From contig NW_021828581.1 in NCBI RefSeq assembly GCF_006345805.1, positions 1 to 8,009 of the forward strand: a stretch of 8,009 bases of DNA. Reading direction: 5' to 3'. The translations under genes were made by a program, and so were the position numbers. This stretch comes from Octopus sinensis. Its lineage: Eukaryota. Under the pieces are notes generated by a model, which was not told where the DNA came from, ran no database searches, and worked only from the letters and a program-made list of their open reading frames with translations. This document shows positions 6,990 through 8,009 of the stretch, in pieces; position 1 is the first letter of the stretch, and every line of letters starts with the position of its first letter.

Positions 6990-7748
6990 CAGGACAACAT
7001 GATAGAAGAATCCGGGCTTTGACGTACGAGAGAGAGATACTAAAGTTGTCACTATGAAGCTGGCCTTAAATGGAGACCTTCGTTACAACTCGTGCAAGAG
7101 GCTCAAGGAACACATTGTGACAGCCAAGACCAAGGAGAACTACTTGACGAAGCCGAAGAACACGCCGAACAACAGGTAGCTTGCATGCTCTCCATGCGGT
7201 ATCCCACGTATCATGAAAACCGGGTTCCCTCAAACAGTGATGGTATTTGGGTTCGTTTCTAGCGAGGGTAATGTCATACTGCCCCATACCTGTTATCAGG
7301 GCCTTGGGCTCAATTCAGATAGCTATGTGAAGCTGATGTAGAATGTGGTCAAAACCCAGCTGGAGAAGATTGCTGCTGGAAAACCATATGTGTGGCAGCA
7401 GCATTCGGCTCTTCGGCATGCCTCTGGAAGGAGTTAGAAGTAGTTGTCGGAGAATTTCTACAACTTCACCAGCCCTAATTTCGAGTCTTTGGATTCCCCA
7501 GATTATAATCTGATGGATTGCTATGTGTGGAGCGTAGTTGAGAAACATATCCACCGGTCGGATTGTAATACCAAGGCCGAGCTGGTGGCCAAGATGAAAG
7601 ACGGGTTCAAAGATCTTCCCTGGGACATAAGGAGGAACGCATAAACATTCTTCATTTTATCCCTGGAAAGACCTTTTATTTTTGGATGGGAGAGTGGGTG
7701 CTTTCGCTTCCTTTAATGCAAACTGTCAAATTTAGCCCGAACACTGTG
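6990..7748 (+). mobile_element. Truncated DD37D maT-type (Tc1/mariner superfamily) DNA transposon relic
   Basis: Transposase relic plus 3' non-coding end. Putative right TIR gtcaaatttagcccgaacactgtg (7725-7748) followed by TA (7749-7750); the TIR call is from memory, about 0.5. Left end absent. Confidence 0.8.
7009..7644 (+). pseudogene. DD37D transposase pseudogene
   Basis: A single frame gives ...TMKLALNGDLRYNSCKRLKEHIVTAKTKENYLTKPKNTPNNR*LACSPCGIPRIMKTGFPQTVMVFGFVSSEGNVILPH...GKPYVWQQHSA...SPDYNLMDCYVWSVVEK...AELVAKMK. There are 37 residues between the second catalytic position (7402, D>H) and the third D (7516). Four in-frame TAG stops. The region of the first D is missing. Confidence 0.92.
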
Positions 7749-7941
7749 TACATGAGTGATAACCCCTGATTTCAAATGACCTCATTCTTCTACTGGAGAG
7801 CTCGGGCACCAACAAGGGTTAATGCCAGCTTTTGACGTTCGGGTTCAGGTTTACTATTTTGGGTGGATCTCTTTTCCCACAACCTAAGCGAAAAACCAAA
7901 TATTTTGAACCGTGGCAAAGCTGCAGGAGGTGCCTCAACAA

Positions 7942-7944
<3 letters not shown>

Positions 7945-8009
<65 letters not shown>
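7945..8009. repeat. (TA)32+ microsatellite running off the window end
   Basis: Perfect run. Confidence 0.98.

Noticed and set aside
7066-7554. Minus-strand ORFs 7066-7287 and 7315-7554
   Set aside because: Antisense shadows of the plus-strand transposase pseudogene.
1-8009. CRISPR array or prokaryotic system
   Set aside because: No regularly spaced repeat-spacer structure or operon-like coding density; the sequence is eukaryotic repeat-rich DNA.

Overview
An 8-kb stretch of AT-rich, microsatellite-saturated animal genomic DNA, most likely octopus (coleoid cephalopod). That assignment rests on my recall of the SINE families and is not database-verified. The window holds four tRNA-derived SINE copies from three families: a nested or tandem pair, a CORE-SINE, and a SINE with an expanded internal microsatellite. 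It also holds a non-autonomous mariner (irritans/Himar1-like) fragment, a dead DD37D maT-type transposase with a probable right TIR, and many (GT)n/(CA)n/(TA)n/(GATA)n arrays. No complete protein-coding gene can be supported, and nearly all ORF-track entries are microsatellite artefacts. The most interesting signals are: (1) a minimal type-I hammerhead-ribozyme-like motif of the Penelope-associated, palindromic-stem-III kind at 6906-6947; (2) three phase-compatible candidate exons (3090-3205, 4370/4390-4433, 6357-~6535), where the first 5' splice site is covered by an upstream antisense element; (3) a transposase relic that stays in one frame for ~630 nt and is interrupted only by TAG stops.
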